Notes: generated by a model from the letters alone, not told the origin. Numbered from the stretch's first letter, positions 1 to 10,004 are shown. The stretch is 64,000 bases of DNA from an uncultured Acidimicrobiia bacterium (GCA_963761985.1 CAVXIT010000003.1:280342-344341); one strand, 5' to 3'. Numbers and translations: made by a program.

Positions 1-2
1 CC

Positions 3-281
3 CGGGCGATTGAAGAAATCGTTGCTGGACGCGCTCCCTCGGAGACGCCGATTGACGCGCTCGCCGACGACATTGAGGTCTTGAGCGCCGACGAATGGTG
101 GGCTCGGCACGTGGCCAATCGGGAACGATTGTTCAAGACGCTGCAGACCGCTGATCCCGAGGCTTACCTCGATAAGACGATCTACCACCCGCTCTTTGGT
201 GATCTGAACTGGCGGGAGGCATTGCTTTTCTTGCGCGTCCACGACCTCGACCATGCCCGCCAATTCGCCGCTCTCGCTTGA
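3..281 (+). CDS. DinB-like family protein (5'-truncated by window edge)
   Basis: The frame is open from the window start. The C-terminal HPLFGDLNWREALLFLRVHDLDHARQ is typical of the DinB/YfiT HxxxH end. Confidence 0.7.
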   Translation, partial: RAIEEIVAGRAPSETPIDALADDIEVLSADEWWARHVANRERLFKTLQTADPEAYLDKTIYHPLFGDLNWREALLFLRVHDLDHARQFAALA

Positions 282-1317
282 AGGTCTCGATCGGCTTCGG
301 AGCTCCCTACGCCGGACCGAATGCTTGGCTGGAGACGGTCGATTTCGTTACCGAAGCGGAACGGCTCGGCGTCGACTCTGCCTGGAGCGCCGAGGCATGG
401 GGATCGGATGCCGTCACGCCACTCGCCTATCTGGCAGCGCGCACCGAGCGGATCAAACTCGGCACCGGAATTATCCAGACCGGAACCCGGACTCCGGCGT
501 TGGTCGCCATGACCGCGGCGACCCTGCAAAATCTGACCGGGGGGCGATTTCTCTTGGGCCTGGGAACGAGCGGACCGCAGGTGATCGAAGGCTGGCATGG
601 GGTGTCCTTCGACAAGCCACTCACGCGCCTGAGGGAGATTGTCGACGTCGTTCGCCTGGCATTGGCCGGAGAGAAGGTCGTCTACGAGGGCGAGTTCTAT
701 CAGTTGCCGCGACCTGGCGGCGAGGGCAAGGCGTTGCGTCTGGGCCTGGCACGTGTTCCCCCGTGCCGATCTATCTCGCCACGCTGGGCCCTCGCAGCCT
801 GGAGTACACCGGCGAAGTCGCCGACGGCTGGCTCGGCACGTCGTTTCTTCCCGAGCAGGCCGAGACAGTATTGATGCACCTTCGCCACGGCGCCGAAAAC
901 GCCGGTCGTTCCCTTGACGAGATCGATCTGCAGGCCGGGGGAGTGGTCGAGTTTGGAGATGATCTGGAGAAACTGGTGGCACCGAGGCGTCCGGGAGTCG
1001 CGTTCACCTTGGGGGCAATGGGATCGAAGAAGAACAACTTCTACAACGACGCCATCTCGCGAGCGGGATTCGCTGAGGTCGCGACTCGAGTTCAGGACCT
1101 TTGGTTAGAAGGGAAGCGGGACGAAGCCGCGGCGATGATCCCCGATCAGCTCATTACGCAGAGCAATCTGTTGGGCACCGACGAGATGGTGCTCGATCGG
1201 ATTCGCGCGTATCGCGACTGTGGGATCACGACGATCCGAGTTGCGCCCGAAGGTCAGACGCTTGAAGAACGGCTCAACACGCTCGGTCGTTTCATGAACC
1301 TGATTGCTGAGCTCTGA
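278..1317 (+). pseudogene. LLM-class F420-dependent oxidoreductase, split by a frameshift at a C5 run (758-762); probably a sequencing error
   Basis: The N-half (AEAWGSDA, GRFLLGLGTSGPQVIEGWHG) is in ORF 278..874. The C-half (VPIYLATLGP, GEVADGW) is in ORF 253..1317. Adding one C joins them. Confidence 0.85.
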
Positions 1318-1698
1318 ATGCTGTTGCTCTTCGGGATTACGACCCGCACCAAGACCGTGGGTTCCGGCACGTTTCAATGCCGCAACGAGGGCGGCGATCG
1401 GAACTACCTGTTGCTGGAAGCCAGGCGATGGTTCACGCTGTTCTTCATCCCGGTGATACCGCTCAAAGTTCTGGGCGAGCTGGTTCAGTGTTCCTCTTGC
1501 GGAGTGCAGTACGACACGGCAGTACTCCAACAAGCGCCGCTTCATCCCTCGGCCGTGGGCAATGACGTGACAACGGCCGAGGTAGAAGCGATCGTTCGCA
1601 TTGGAACCAACCTCGGAATGTCACCGGAGAAGATGCGGAGAATTCTTGTCGAGCGAGTTCCGGCGGAGGTTGTCGACGAGGCAATTCGCCGGGTTTAG
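1318..1698 (+). CDS. Zinc-ribbon domain protein with short TerB-like C-terminal helices
   Basis: FQCRNEG...RRWFTLFFIPVIP...VQCSSC matches the zinc_ribbon_15 pattern. Confidence 0.75.
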   Translation: MLLLFGITTRTKTVGSGTFQCRNEGGDRNYLLLEARRWFTLFFIPVIPLKVLGELVQCSSCGVQYDTAVLQQAPLHPSAVGNDVTTAEVEAIVRIGTNLGMSPEKMRRILVERVPAEVVDEAIRRV

Positions 1699-2843
1699 CC
1701 AGGCGGTCCACGCTCGGGCCAGGTGAGTCGGCGTCGATGGGTGGGTGATTCGGGGTCGATGATCATGCCCCGTTGGTGGATGGCGACGTGGTGGTGGTAC
1801 CAGCAAAGCGAAATCAGGTTGTCGGGATGATGGTCACCACCGTGTTGCTTTTCTTGGATGTGGTGCGGTTGGACCCGGTAGCGGCTTCGGCACCCTTCGA
1901 TCGAACATGAACCCTGGTCCCGCCACCGGATAAAGCTGCGCACCGCTGGGGGGATGGTGTCGGAGAGATCCGAATAAGAAATCGGGTGGGTTTCGGCACA
2001 GTTGACCACCCGGACTTTGCCGCCGCAGAGGAGTTCGCCCAAAGTATTCGGCCCCACCTTGATCCCCGAGATAGTGGCCGCGCCGGCTTCTCCGTTGGTT
2101 TCGGCGGCGAGGGTGGCGTCGACAAAGATTTCGGCCACGGTCACCGCCCGTCCCGTCTCCCCTTCGGCGTCGGTGGCGGTGAGCGAGTCGAGACAGATCG
2201 AAGTCAAGGCGTCGGCCCGCCTTTGTCCTGCCGTTTGGTCTTCGAGGACGGGCAGTTCGGTCTCCCGGGCGGAAAGAGCGTTCAAAACCACCTGGCCGTC
2301 GGTGCCGGGGAGCTGTCCCCACAGTTTGAACACCGATTCGTCCAAGGAGGGTTGGCAGACCAGAAAGCGCCAGTCGTAGTCAAAAGACTCCGAATCGGAA
2401 TCGAGACGGCGGGTCCGCTCCAACAACCCGTAAAGACGACCCAAGGAGAAGGTGTCGGCGGTTTCGAGGAGCTGATCGGAGGGAATACCGGCGGCGGCCA
2501 GTTTGGCGACCACCGAAGCCCGGTCGATTCCCCACAGCCCAGCCAACATATTCTGGCGGATAAGGGGCTGGTCGGTCCGGGCCACAGTCATCAACCGTGA
2601 CGCCGCCTGCGGAGACAAATCGAGACTGGCGGAAACCCAGTCGGCCATTGTCCGGGCCCCGTCGGCGTGGGCGATCTGATGGGAATCCAGCTCGGCCAGC
2701 AGTTCTGCTTGACGCCCCCTGATCCGCCGGATCAGAACTTCGAGTCGCCGTACTTCCGACTCGGCGAAACTGACTAAATCCAGCTCGGCTGAATCGAGCT
2801 CGGTCAATTCTTTGATCCCCATCTCCAACGTCCCACTCACCAT
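1695..2843 (-). CDS. DUF222 / HNH endonuclease (REP13E12-like) protein
   Basis: QRRADAL, RDQGSCSIEGC, HHI...GGDHHPDNLISLCWYHH motifs. The start is placed at ATG 2843, 7 nt downstream of a -10 element. Confidence 0.88.
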   Translation of the reverse strand: MVSGTLEMGIKELTELDSAELDLVSFAESEVRRLEVLIRRIRGRQAELLAELDSHQIAHADGARTMADWVSASLDLSPQAASRLMTVARTDQPLIRQNMLAGLWGIDRASVVAKLAAAGIPSDQLLETADTFSLGRLYGLLERTRRLDSDSESFDYDWRFLVCQPSLDESVFKLWGQLPGTDGQVVLNALSARETELPVLEDQTAGQRRADALTSICLDSLTATDAEGETGRAVTVAEIFVDATLAAETNGEAGAATISGIKVGPNTLGELLCGGKVRVVNCAETHPISYSDLSDTIPPAVRSFIRWRDQGSCSIEGCRSRYRVQPHHIQEKQHGGDHHPDNLISLCWYHHHVAIHQRGMIIDPESPTHRRRLTWPERGPPG

Positions 2844-2850
2844 GCCAAGA

Positions 2851-2873
2851 ACTATGACGGGAGGGTGTGACAA
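2851..2873 (-). promoter_or_regulatory. RecA-NDp/PafBC-like DNA-damage promoter of the HNH gene (leaderless)
   Basis: The minus strand reads TTGTCAC-accctcccgt-CATAGT. This resembles TGTCGG-N10-TAnnnT with exact spacing. Confidence 0.6.
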
Positions 2874-2980
2874 ATCCGTTCGCAAGGAGACAATTTCCCA
2901 GAAAGAATTTTGGGAATTTCGAAGGTTGACTTATATGTCTGTCAGGCCGTCAATTGCTTGGCGAGGACTCCACAGCCTGG

Positions 2981-3355
2981 TCAGTTCTCAAACAAGCAAA
3001 ACGGGTGACCGGCAGGGTCGATCATGACCCGGTTGTCGAGTTGCGGTTGGAAGTCGGCCAGAGTTGCACCGGCCTCTAGCGCCCACTTCACAGCTTCGTT
3101 GAGGTCCTCGACCCTGATGTCGAGGTGCATCATCATCTGCTGGTCGCCCTCGTCGGCAGGCCATACCGGCGGGACGTGCTTCTCCTCCAGCTGGAAGGAA
3201 AGTGCGGTTCCCCCTGCGGACGGCTCGATCTTCACCCAATCGGGCTCGTCTGCCACCCGGTTCCAGCCCAGGAGCTTTTGATAGAAGTCGGCCAACGCAC
3301 TCGGGTCGGGAGCTCCGAGGACGGTCGAGAGCACGTTCATCTGTGGGCGGTCCAT
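2981..3355 (-). CDS. VOC/glyoxalase family protein
   Basis: LADFYQKLLGW, QQMMMHLDI and DPAGHPFCL motifs. Confidence 0.9.
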   Translation of the reverse strand: MDRPQMNVLSTVLGAPDPSALADFYQKLLGWNRVADEPDWVKIEPSAGGTALSFQLEEKHVPPVWPADEGDQQMMMHLDIRVEDLNEAVKWALEAGATLADFQPQLDNRVMIDPAGHPFCLFEN

Positions 3356-3378
3356 GGCCCCACCCTATTCTCGGCGAG

Positions 3379-3729
3379 GTGACTCCGGAGGAACTGCTCG
3401 AGTACTGCCTCGCCAAGCCCGGCGCCTGGCAGGACGAGCCCTGGGAAGGCGACATCGTGGCCAAGGTCGGTGACAAGATCTTCGCGTTCCTCGGCTCCGG
3501 AGAAGCGGGCGTCGGGGTTAAGGCCGGAAACAACAGGGATGAGGCCGACGAATGGCTCCTGCGCTATCCGGGCGACGCCGAAGTGATGGCTTACATCGGG
3601 CGATCTGGTTGGAACTCACTGCGAACCGATGGCGCGATCCCCGAGGATGACATTCGCGCCGCGATCGATGATTCATATGACCGGGTCGTAGCGAAGCTCC
3701 CGAAGCGATTGCGACCTGTCTCACCCTGA
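3379..3729 (+). CDS. MmcQ/YjbR family DNA-binding protein
   Basis: YCLAKPGA..DEPW..KVGDKIFA, YIGRSGW and IDDSYDRVVAKLPK motifs. GTG start 7 nt after TATTCT. Confidence 0.88.
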   Translation: MTPEELLEYCLAKPGAWQDEPWEGDIVAKVGDKIFAFLGSGEAGVGVKAGNNRDEADEWLLRYPGDAEVMAYIGRSGWNSLRTDGAIPEDDIRAAIDDSYDRVVAKLPKRLRPVSP

Positions 3730-3732
3730 GGG

Positions 3733-4752
3733 TCAAATTGAAGGCTGGATCGTCCCCGAGCAGATGCCGAATTCGGCTAACTCGGTGGCGAGAACGACCG
3801 TGTCGCCATCCTCGAGATAGCGCGCGTTGGACGTGAGTTCGAGCATCGATCCCCGGCTCTCATCGCCCGGCCCGGAGATGGTCCCAGAAGCAAAGAGGTC
3901 ACCGGCGCGGATATGGGCGCCGTTGCTGGTGGCATGGGCGAGCTGCTGACTCATCGTCCAGTAGAGGTGCGAAGTGTTAGATCGGGTGACAACTTCGCCG
4001 TTGATCGAAACGGTCAGATCGAGATCAATGCCACGGCCGGCCGGCGAAAGATAGGGAAGAGGCGCCGGATCCTGTGCAGGCGGCGGAATCCGCCGGTCTT
4101 CAAGTTCAGAAAGAGGTACCACCCAGGCGCCGACTGTGGTTGCAAAGGATTTGCCCAAGAACGGACCCAACGGCTGGTACTCCCATGCCTGAATGTCTCG
4201 GGCCGACCAATCGTTGACCAGCACCAGGCCAAAGATGTATCGCTCGGCTTCCTCTACCGGGATGCGTTCCGGCCCCGAACCTGTTAGGAACCCCAACTCC
4301 AACTCAAAGTCGAGACGACGGGTGGGGCCAAACTCACCCTGGCCAATTTGTCCGGCAGGCCTCGTGACCGGGGTGCCATCGACGACGATCGTGCCAGAGC
4401 GCCCGTGATAGCCAATGGGGAGGTGGAGCCAGTTGGGCGGCAGGGCCTCGGCGTCGGGCCGGAAAATCCGGCCGACACTCGAGGCATGGAAGCGTGACGA
4501 ATAGAAATCGACGTAGTCGCCGATGGGGCAGGGGAGCCGCGTGAGTACTCCTCCTTCGACCGGGGGCAGGTCGGCTTCACGCAGGCGACCAAGAACGTCG
4601 AGCCACGCGTCCTGTCCGGCTTCGAGCAAAGCAAGCAACGAGGACCCGGCGAGAAGGGGAGAGACCGCTGAAGGGTCGAACAGCCGGTCACCAATCCTCA
4701 CCCCGACCCGATCGACCGCTTCGGCGGAGTAGACCCCGAGGGCGATTACCAC
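3733..4752 (-). CDS. fahA: Fumarylacetoacetase
   Basis: GDYVDFYSS, PIGYHGRSGT, LDFELELG, NDWSARDIQAWEYQPLGPFLGKSF and ASGTISG motifs. Confidence 0.9.
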   Translation of the reverse strand: MVIALGVYSAEAVDRVGVRIGDRLFDPSAVSPLLAGSSLLALLEAGQDAWLDVLGRLREADLPPVEGGVLTRLPCPIGDYVDFYSSRFHASSVGRIFRPDAEALPPNWLHLPIGYHGRSGTIVVDGTPVTRPAGQIGQGEFGPTRRLDFELELGFLTGSGPERIPVEEAERYIFGLVLVNDWSARDIQAWEYQPLGPFLGKSFATTVGAWVVPLSELEDRRIPPPAQDPAPLPYLSPAGRGIDLDLTVSINGEVVTRSNTSHLYWTMSQQLAHATSNGAHIRAGDLFASGTISGPGDESRGSMLELTSNARYLEDGDTVVLATELAEFGICSGTIQPSI

Positions 4753-5564
4753 AGGCTTCCCATCGCGACTAGATCGGCCACCGGCTCGTCGAAGGAGCAG
4801 CTGCCGTAGGAGCGCAGGAAGGTTCGAGCCGATCGCAGCTCCGACACGCTGAACTCTCTGTTGCCCACCTGCAGGCCACCCCTTCCCAAACGCCCTTCGC
4901 TGCATTCGAGCATCTCGGTTGCGTCGTCGCGATCGCCGTTGAGTACCAGTGCCGTCGCGGCGGCAACAAGATTCAGGAAACCATGTCTCCAAACACCCAG
5001 TTCGGGCCAAAAGTGCCGCCAGGGATGATGAAGACCGGCCGTTGCCTTGAGCGGAAGCCCGCAGGCAAAAGTCGCGTGCATGGCTTCGGCCAGGATCTGC
5101 GTAGAGGGAAAGTCCGATTGCTTTGGTCCGCCACAACGAACCTTCACTCCGATGCGCCGGCCCGGAGACTCGGCAGCGATGTCGAGGACGACTTTGGCAT
5201 CGGCTTCGAGCCAGAGAGCCTGGGCAGGGTCAATTCGATCGAAACTGCCAGCAATGGATGTGTCCCGAGTTTCAAGCTGGCGGATCTCAAGTCCCGAGAT
5301 GGAGATTGCATCGATGGCTTCAGCGAGGTGCTGGTCGATCACGACTCCAACCGGCACCGGCTCCCCCCCAAGCATCCATTCCAGATCGTGGAGCTTGGAG
5401 CTGGGGCAGAGGAAGACACCGAGCATCCACTGGTGCCGTGTGTGGCGATGGCGCAGATACATAGCCAAAGCATCCTCGAGACCCAATGACTCTGGGGGGT
5501 ACATGCCGGCATAGTCGATGAGGCCGGAGAGGACGACCTCGGAGGCGTTAGCGGGTTGAGCCAC
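4746..5564 (-). CDS. Conserved hypothetical protein (typical fahA neighbour)
   Basis: LIDYAGMYPP, KVRCGG, KATAGLHHP, HGFLN and SYGSCSFDEP motifs. Confidence 0.8.
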   Translation of the reverse strand: MAQPANASEVVLSGLIDYAGMYPPESLGLEDALAMYLRHRHTRHQWMLGVFLCPSSKLHDLEWMLGGEPVPVGVVIDQHLAEAIDAISISGLEIRQLETRDTSIAGSFDRIDPAQALWLEADAKVVLDIAAESPGRRIGVKVRCGGPKQSDFPSTQILAEAMHATFACGLPLKATAGLHHPWRHFWPELGVWRHGFLNLVAAATALVLNGDRDDATEMLECSEGRLGRGGLQVGNREFSVSELRSARTFLRSYGSCSFDEPVADLVAMGSLW

Positions 5565-5582
5565 GGCCGTATCGTACGAAGG

Positions 5583-6359
5583 ATGACGAAGTGGATTCGG
5601 ATCGAGAGGGAGGGCTCTGTCCTCATTGTCACGATCGCGCGGCCTCCACTGAATGCGATCGACGCTGAGCTCCACCACCAGCTCTGCGACCTCTTCCGCG
5701 ACCTTCGCCAGGAACGAGAGGCTCGCGCGATCCTTCTCACTGGCGAGGGGAGAATGTTCTCCGCGGGAGGCGACTTCGACTGGTTTCCGACCCTCCGAGA
5801 CCCCGGCCGGCTGGCAGATCTAAGGCGCGACGCCAAGCAACTGATCTGGGACCTGGTAGATATCGAGCTGCCTCTGGTCGTAGCGATCAACGGTCCCGCG
5901 GTGGGACTGGGGGCAACGATTGCCTTGCTCGGCGACGTGATCTTCATCGCCGAAACCGCTCACATCGCCGATCCCCACGTTCGCGTCGGCATTGTCGCTG
6001 GAGATGGCGGGGCCGCGATTTGGCCGTTCTTGGTCGGTCCGGCGCGGGCCAAGGAATATCTGCTCACCGGCGATCCGGTATCGGCTGTCGAGGCCGAGCG
6101 CATCGGATTGGTCAACCACGTGGTGCAAGCAGCTGAGCTCTTTTCCACCTCCCTGGCAATGGCGCAGCGCTTGGCCGCCGGAGCCCCGTTGGCGTTGCAG
6201 TACACGAAGGCCGCGGTCAACCAGCAAGTGAAGGCAGCGCTGCAGCTCTCGTTCGACTACTCGCTTGCCCACGAGATCGTGACCTTTACGAGCGCAGATC
6301 ACCAGGAGGCGCTGCAGGCGATTTCAGAGCAGCGATCACCTCGGTTTGAAGGGCGCTGA
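5583..6359 (+). CDS. Enoyl-CoA hydratase/isomerase
   Basis: FSAGGD, INGPAVGLGA, DPHVRVGIVAGDGG and a C-terminal PRFEGR. Confidence 0.92.
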   Translation: MTKWIRIEREGSVLIVTIARPPLNAIDAELHHQLCDLFRDLRQEREARAILLTGEGRMFSAGGDFDWFPTLRDPGRLADLRRDAKQLIWDLVDIELPLVVAINGPAVGLGATIALLGDVIFIAETAHIADPHVRVGIVAGDGGAAIWPFLVGPARAKEYLLTGDPVSAVEAERIGLVNHVVQAAELFSTSLAMAQRLAAGAPLALQYTKAAVNQQVKAALQLSFDYSLAHEIVTFTSADHQEALQAISEQRSPRFEGR

Positions 6360-6382
6360 CGCCTCCGTAACCTGCCCGGCTC

Positions 6383-7576
6383 ATGGTTCGCCAGTTCCTG
6401 GCCACTAAGTGGTTCGCGCTCATCTTTCTCTCGTCGCTCGCCTCTGAGTTGACGAACAGCCTGCTGGTCCACTTCCCAGGGTTTCTGCTCGACCTCGGTG
6501 CCGACGAAGTACGTATCGGAACCATCGTCGGCATCTCCGGTCTGGCCTCGATCGCGGTTCGTCCGTGGATCGGCCGCGTGATGGACCAGAAGAGCCGGCG
6601 ACTCATGATTCGAATCGGCACAGGGATCGTGGTTGTTTCCACATTCTCGTACGCGTTCGTCGACCAACTCGGTCCCGCCGTAGTCGGGGCGCGGCTCCTG
6701 CAAGGTGTTGGACAGGCGATGTCGGCGACGGCTTTCTGGACGTACATAGCCGACCGGATTCCCACTCAATACCGGAGCCAGGGAATCGCTCTCTTTGGGA
6801 TCTCCGGACTCGCCCCCCTCGGCATCGCTCCTGCCATTGGGGACCGCATCCTGTTGGGCCAATGGGGTTACCGAGGAATCTTCTTTGTCGCCGCCGCGTG
6901 TTCGCTGGTGGCTTTGGTCCTGGCGTTCTTTCTCGAGCGCAGCGGCAAGAACACGGGCGCTACCACCACCGGGTTTCGCGAGGTGTTGTTTCGGCCCGAG
7001 CTCCGTCCGATCTGGTTCGTTACTCTCGTGCTTTCGCTTGGGTTCACTGCGGCCTTCGTGTTCGTCAAAACATATGTCACGACCTCGGGCCTTGGCTCGA
7101 TCGGCCCGTTCTTCGCCACCTATGCGCTCGTAGCGGTCATCTGGAGACTGACCCTGGCGTGGGTCCCCGATCGCGTTGGTCCGGTGCGAATGCTGGGACC
7201 GGGCCTGGTCGCCTATGCGCTCGGCGTCGGGCTCGTGGGTCTCTTGCCATTGCCAATTGGCCTGATCATCGGTGGCGCCATCACCGGTCTCGGCCACGGC
7301 ATTTCCTTCCCGGTCGTCGTCACTTTGGCCACCAGTCGGGCCGCGCCAGGCGAAAGAGGAACCACGACAGCAATCTTCACCGCCCTTTTCGATCTCGCCC
7401 TCTTCGGTGCTTCACCGCTATTGGGTCTCTTGATTCGCGAGTTCGGCTATCAGGCGATGTTCGTGGGAACGGCGGTCGCGATTCTCGTCGGAACCGCTCT
7501 AGTGCTGTCAGCCGAGAAGCGACTTGCCGTTGATCTCAGAGACGAACCAGCGACCGCCCCAGTCCCGCATGTTTGA
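6383..7576 (+). CDS. MFS transporter
   Basis: About 12 hydrophobic segments, with the MFS motifs GRVMDQKSRR and ARLLQGVG. Confidence 0.9.
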   Translation: MVRQFLATKWFALIFLSSLASELTNSLLVHFPGFLLDLGADEVRIGTIVGISGLASIAVRPWIGRVMDQKSRRLMIRIGTGIVVVSTFSYAFVDQLGPAVVGARLLQGVGQAMSATAFWTYIADRIPTQYRSQGIALFGISGLAPLGIAPAIGDRILLGQWGYRGIFFVAAACSLVALVLAFFLERSGKNTGATTTGFREVLFRPELRPIWFVTLVLSLGFTAAFVFVKTYVTTSGLGSIGPFFATYALVAVIWRLTLAWVPDRVGPVRMLGPGLVAYALGVGLVGLLPLPIGLIIGGAITGLGHGISFPVVVTLATSRAAPGERGTTTAIFTALFDLALFGASPLLGLLIREFGYQAMFVGTAVAILVGTALVLSAEKRLAVDLRDEPATAPVPHV

Positions 7577-8531
7577 AGAGATCGCAGAACAAGCTCGGAG
7601 CTGACTCGAAGCCGTCGACCATGTTCTCGGTGTAGACGAGCTTGCCCTCTTTGATCCAGTCGGCCATCGTCGTCATCGCGGCGCGAAAGTCGGCGAGGTA
7701 GTCCCAGACGATCATCCCTTCGATGCGTACCCGGCGCTCGACGACTTCGCGCAGGTTGCGGATGCCGCGCGGCTCGGCCAGGTTGTACTCGGACACCTGA
7801 CCAGCCACGACAATCCGGCCACCCTGATTCATGGCGAGGAGCGCCAGGTCCGCGAGCTCTCCACCGACGTTGTCGAAGTACACGTCAACGCCTTCAAGCG
7901 CGGCATCGGCGATTGAAAGATTCGGCATGTGCCGATCAAGGCAGGCATCAAAGCCGAGGACGTCAGTTACGTACTGGCAACGTTCCGGACCACCCGCGAT
8001 GCCAATGACCCGGCATCCAATGATGCGAGCGATCTGGCCGGCGGTGGCACCGACGGTGCCCGCAGCCGACGAGACCAGCACCGTCTCCCCGGGCCAGATG
8101 CGGGCAACCCTGGTGAGCCCGAAGTAGGCCGTAAGGCCCGAGACGCCAAGCACCCCGATGGCGGTGCTCTCAGAAATCGGCGGGGCGAACAATTCGGGAT
8201 CGAGACGAAGCACGCCTTTGCCATTCGTGACGTAATGAGTTCGCCAGCCGCCTCCCGAGGTAACCCGGTCGCCCACCGCAAACCGGGGATTGTTTGACGA
8301 AAGCACCTCGCCAACGGTGAAACCATCGATCACGTCACCGAGTGCGGTACGGGGCCCGTAGCTGTCGCGGCTGAGCCTGTCCCGTACCCCGGCATCGACA
8401 GAGATGAACCGGTTAGCCACCAACAGTTCGCCTTCAGCAAGATCGGGGATTTTCCACTCGCGAAGCATGAAATCGGATGGCTCCGGTAGTCCCTCCGGAT
8501 TGCGCGCGAGAACCCACTCTTTGGCCAGCAC
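7536..8531 (-). CDS. NADP-dependent oxidoreductase (prostaglandin reductase/CurA-like MDR family)
   Basis: GVSGLTAYFGL, SSAAGTVG, GVDVYFDNVGG and GQVSEYN motifs. Confidence 0.9.
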   Translation of the reverse strand: MLAKEWVLARNPEGLPEPSDFMLREWKIPDLAEGELLVANRFISVDAGVRDRLSRDSYGPRTALGDVIDGFTVGEVLSSNNPRFAVGDRVTSGGGWRTHYVTNGKGVLRLDPELFAPPISESTAIGVLGVSGLTAYFGLTRVARIWPGETVLVSSAAGTVGATAGQIARIIGCRVIGIAGGPERCQYVTDVLGFDACLDRHMPNLSIADAALEGVDVYFDNVGGELADLALLAMNQGGRIVVAGQVSEYNLAEPRGIRNLREVVERRVRIEGMIVWDYLADFRAAMTTMADWIKEGKLVYTENMVDGFESAPSLFCDLFKHAGLGRSLVRL

Positions 8532-8554
8532 GGATGGAAAGGTACCGTTTTGCC

Positions 8555-9460
8555 GTGCCCGAACTGCCCGACATCGTTGTCTATCTCGAAGCCTTGGAGC
8601 GTCGGATCCTCGGCCACAAACTCGAGAAGCTTCGCCTGGCTTCACCCGCCGTGCTTCGGACCTATCAACCGCCATTCGATGCGCCCGAGGGAAAGACCGT
8701 CGCCGGGCTCCGTCGCATCGGCAAACGTCTCGTGCTCGATTTCGGTGACGATCTCTTCGTGGTGATCCATCTGATGATCGCCGGTCGTTTGCAGTGGAAA
8801 GAGGGGAAGGCCGCTATTCCCAAGAAGGTGGGTCTGGCCGGGTTCGAGTTCGACAACGGAACCTTGATTCTCACCGAGCAGGGAACGAAGCGACGCGCAG
8901 GCATCTGGGTCATCTCCGGCGAGGAGGATCTGGCAGCCGAGAACCGGGGAGGCGTCGAACCGCTCGAGGCAAGCGCAGACGAGTTTGCTGCGGCGATTAC
9001 CTCAGAGAATCGAACGCTGAAACGGGTCCTAACCGATCCGCGGTTGTTCTCGGGGATCGGAAACTCATACTCGGATGAAATCCTCTGGGCGGCTCAGCTT
9101 TCCCCCGTCACCCGGACGCGCCAGCTCAGCTCGGAACAGATCAAGCGTTTGCACGATGCGACCGTATCCCAGCTCGACTATTGGACCGAAGTACAAAGGC
9201 AGAGCGTCGGGGATGGATGGCCAACCAAAGTCACTGCTTTTCGCCCGGAGATGGCCGTCCACGGAAAGTTTGGTGAGCCATGCCCGCGTTGTGGCACCAA
9301 AGTGCAACGAATCGTCTACGCCTCCAACGAGACCAATTACTGCCCGACCTGTCAAACCGGTGGAAAATTGCTCGCTGATCGATCGCTCTCGCGCCTTCTC
9401 AAGGAAGACTGGCCGCGGAGCCTGGAGGAGCTAGAGGAGATGAAGCGCCCCAAAATCTAA
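8555..9460 (+). CDS. Fpg/Nei family DNA glycosylase/AP lyase
   Basis: N-terminal (M)PELPD, GKRL, H2TH SGIGNSYSDEIL and zinc finger CPRC...CPTCQ. Confidence 0.92.
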   Translation: MPELPDIVVYLEALERRILGHKLEKLRLASPAVLRTYQPPFDAPEGKTVAGLRRIGKRLVLDFGDDLFVVIHLMIAGRLQWKEGKAAIPKKVGLAGFEFDNGTLILTEQGTKRRAGIWVISGEEDLAAENRGGVEPLEASADEFAAAITSENRTLKRVLTDPRLFSGIGNSYSDEILWAAQLSPVTRTRQLSSEQIKRLHDATVSQLDYWTEVQRQSVGDGWPTKVTAFRPEMAVHGKFGEPCPRCGTKVQRIVYASNETNYCPTCQTGGKLLADRSLSRLLKEDWPRSLEELEEMKRPKI

Positions 9461-9465
9461 GGCAA

Positions 9466-9951
9466 TCAGGTCCAGAAAAGAACCGTGACGAGCCAGATTC
9501 CCGCGACCAGAAGTGCCGCGGTCAGTTCGATCAAGATCGAAAGGCCCGTGGCCTTCATCGCCGATTTGGTCGATGGCCAGGCTCGCTGATGTTGGCCGAG
9601 TCGCTGTCGCTCCGATAGGTAGACCCCGAGAGGGAATCCAATAAAGAGCCCGATCACCGGGATGACGAAGAATCCGACAATTGCGGCGAGGCCGCCGATG
9701 AGGAGCGAGCGCTTGGGAACTCCCGCCTCGCGTAGCCGGCGGCCGGGCAAAATGTATTTGCCGGTTTCGCCCGCAATGAGCAGGACCGTGGCGATACCCA
9801 CCACGACCCAGGCGGCTGTTCCGCCTTCGACGAGCGCCCACACCAGCACGGCTCCATAGACCAGGATCAGACCGGGCACCGCCGCGACCACGACACCGAC
9901 CAGCCCGGCGGCGATCACCAGACCCACGACGATGAGTCCGGGCGTGTCCAT
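9466..9951 (-). CDS. DUF456 family membrane protein
   Basis: Hydrophobic protein with VPG, KYILPGRRLREAGVP and GFFVIPVIGLFIGFPLGVYLSE. Confidence 0.85.
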   Translation of the reverse strand: MDTPGLIVVGLVIAAGLVGVVVAAVPGLILVYGAVLVWALVEGGTAAWVVVGIATVLLIAGETGKYILPGRRLREAGVPKRSLLIGGLAAIVGFFVIPVIGLFIGFPLGVYLSERQRLGQHQRAWPSTKSAMKATGLSILIELTAALLVAGIWLVTVLFWT

Positions 9952-9988
9952 TGGCGCACCTTACGGGCCCTGCTCGGGCCGGGTTGTG

Positions 9989-10004
9989 TCGAACATGTGT
10001 TCGA
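9989..10004. promoter_or_regulatory. LexA (SOS) box upstream of imuA'-imuB
   Basis: TCGAACATGTGTTCGA is a perfect TCGAAC-N4-GTTCGA, adjacent to a TAAACT -10 element (10006-10011). Confidence 0.92.
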
